Shown piece after piece: positions 62,982 to 64,000 of a DNA stretch of 64,000 nt. This DNA comes from Blastocystis sp. Blastoise (lineage: Eukaryota > Protista > Bigyra: Opalinata). The first letter of the stretch is position 1, and every line of letters starts with the position of its first letter. Location of the stretch: contig JBBPEB010000025.1 of assembly GCA_039096225.1 (NCBI GenBank), forward strand, positions 310,001 through 374,000, written 5' to 3'. The notes beneath the pieces are model-generated. The model was not told the DNA's origin. It did not search any database and saw only the letters and a list, made by a program, of their open reading frames with translations. The position numbers were made by a program, and so were the translations under genes.

Positions 62982-63485
62982 TATAATTATATATATATTA
63001 TTTATATAGGGAGCTCAATACTGGTTTAAACAACAAGATTTCTCACGAATATATAGTACTCCTGAAATATATATAACTATATACTCTTTATATACAGTCT
63101 CTACTGTCAATATTACTTTGGATAATGTTTCTCTATATATAAATTCTACTTCTACTACTACTCTTAATAATATCAATAATAGTATTATTATCAGAATTCC
63201 ATGGAATCCATATAAGTATTATATATATATATATATATTTAATTGTATAATTCTATTATTATCATTATTTTAATTCTATTTTTTTAAATATTTTATTATC
63301 ATTATATATATATATATATATAAATATACACCAGGATATCATGATATTCATGTTTCTCTTCTTTCGAATTCTTCTTCTTCTTCACATATTACTTATAAAC
63401 ATATATTCTATCTTCCGTCTAGTATGAATACTCTCTCTGATACAGTAAACACATCTATTGCAAATAATCATGATTATCTTTCTCA

Positions 63486-63537
<52 letters not shown>

Positions 63538-63540
63538 CAC

Positions 63541-63608
<68 letters not shown>

Positions 63609-64000
63609 TAATAATAATCCTAATCTTTTACCTGGCTCATCTTTTTCTCAATTTCTTTTTAATATACCTATTCCTACTTATATTTATATATTATCCTATA
63701 CTATTGCTATATTCCTTGTTCTTTTCTTATTCATTCCACGTTGCATTCTTCGTTATTATTATCACGTGACTCCAATGACGGGTATAAACACATCTGCTGT
63801 TGCAAATAAACGCTTATTATTATGGAACACTATTCGAAACACTATTCATGCTTCTTCTATACAACAAAGATTATATTTATTAGTATCTGATTCTGTTATT
63901 TATTATTATTTACTTATTGATATATATTGGCAATTATTTGGCTTTTATCGTATTGGAAGATTAGATACAATTTGGTTTATGCAATTTTTATGGGGAAATA
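61590..64000 (+). CDS. TMEM62-like calcineurin-type metallophosphoesterase, 3' partial
   Basis: Signal peptide; QISDIHIS, ITGDMTD, EEW..Y, DIRGNHD, THYP, GHLHT, DWKKNR; hydrophobic segments downstream. Confidence 0.82.

Overview
Extremely AT-rich, intron-dense eukaryotic (protist-type) nuclear DNA in the standard code. Most long ORFs in the track are artefacts of reading through (TA)n/(TTA)n-filled introns. Host genes reconstructed by manual splicing: VPS54 (partial), a PACS homologue, a calponin-homology protein, TAF2, a low-complexity unknown, an SRSF10/SCL-type RRM protein, OST5/TMEM258, an atypical cNMP-regulated (PKG-like) kinase and a TMEM62-like metallophosphoesterase (partial), plus a minus-strand box C/D snoRNA cluster. 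Almost half the window is three DNA transposons with intact ends and target-site duplications: two large Mutator-like elements (4642-20785, 16.1 kb; 44205-55689, 11.5 kb), each with an apparently intact spliced transposase plus many kb of cargo, and a 2.9-kb hAT element. The cargo includes an intron-containing POL5/MYBBP1A fragment and a tRNA-like cloverleaf. All three elements sit between divergently transcribed genes. Other notable signals are a strongly over-represented CCCGCG/CGCGGG motif in host exons, strand-polarised microsatellite introns with self-complementary (TA)n ends, and a U12-type intron in TAF2. Short ~35-nt introns and a minor intron would fit a Blastocystis-like stramenopile, but that is only an inference. 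All family assignments come from motif recognition by eye, not from database searches.
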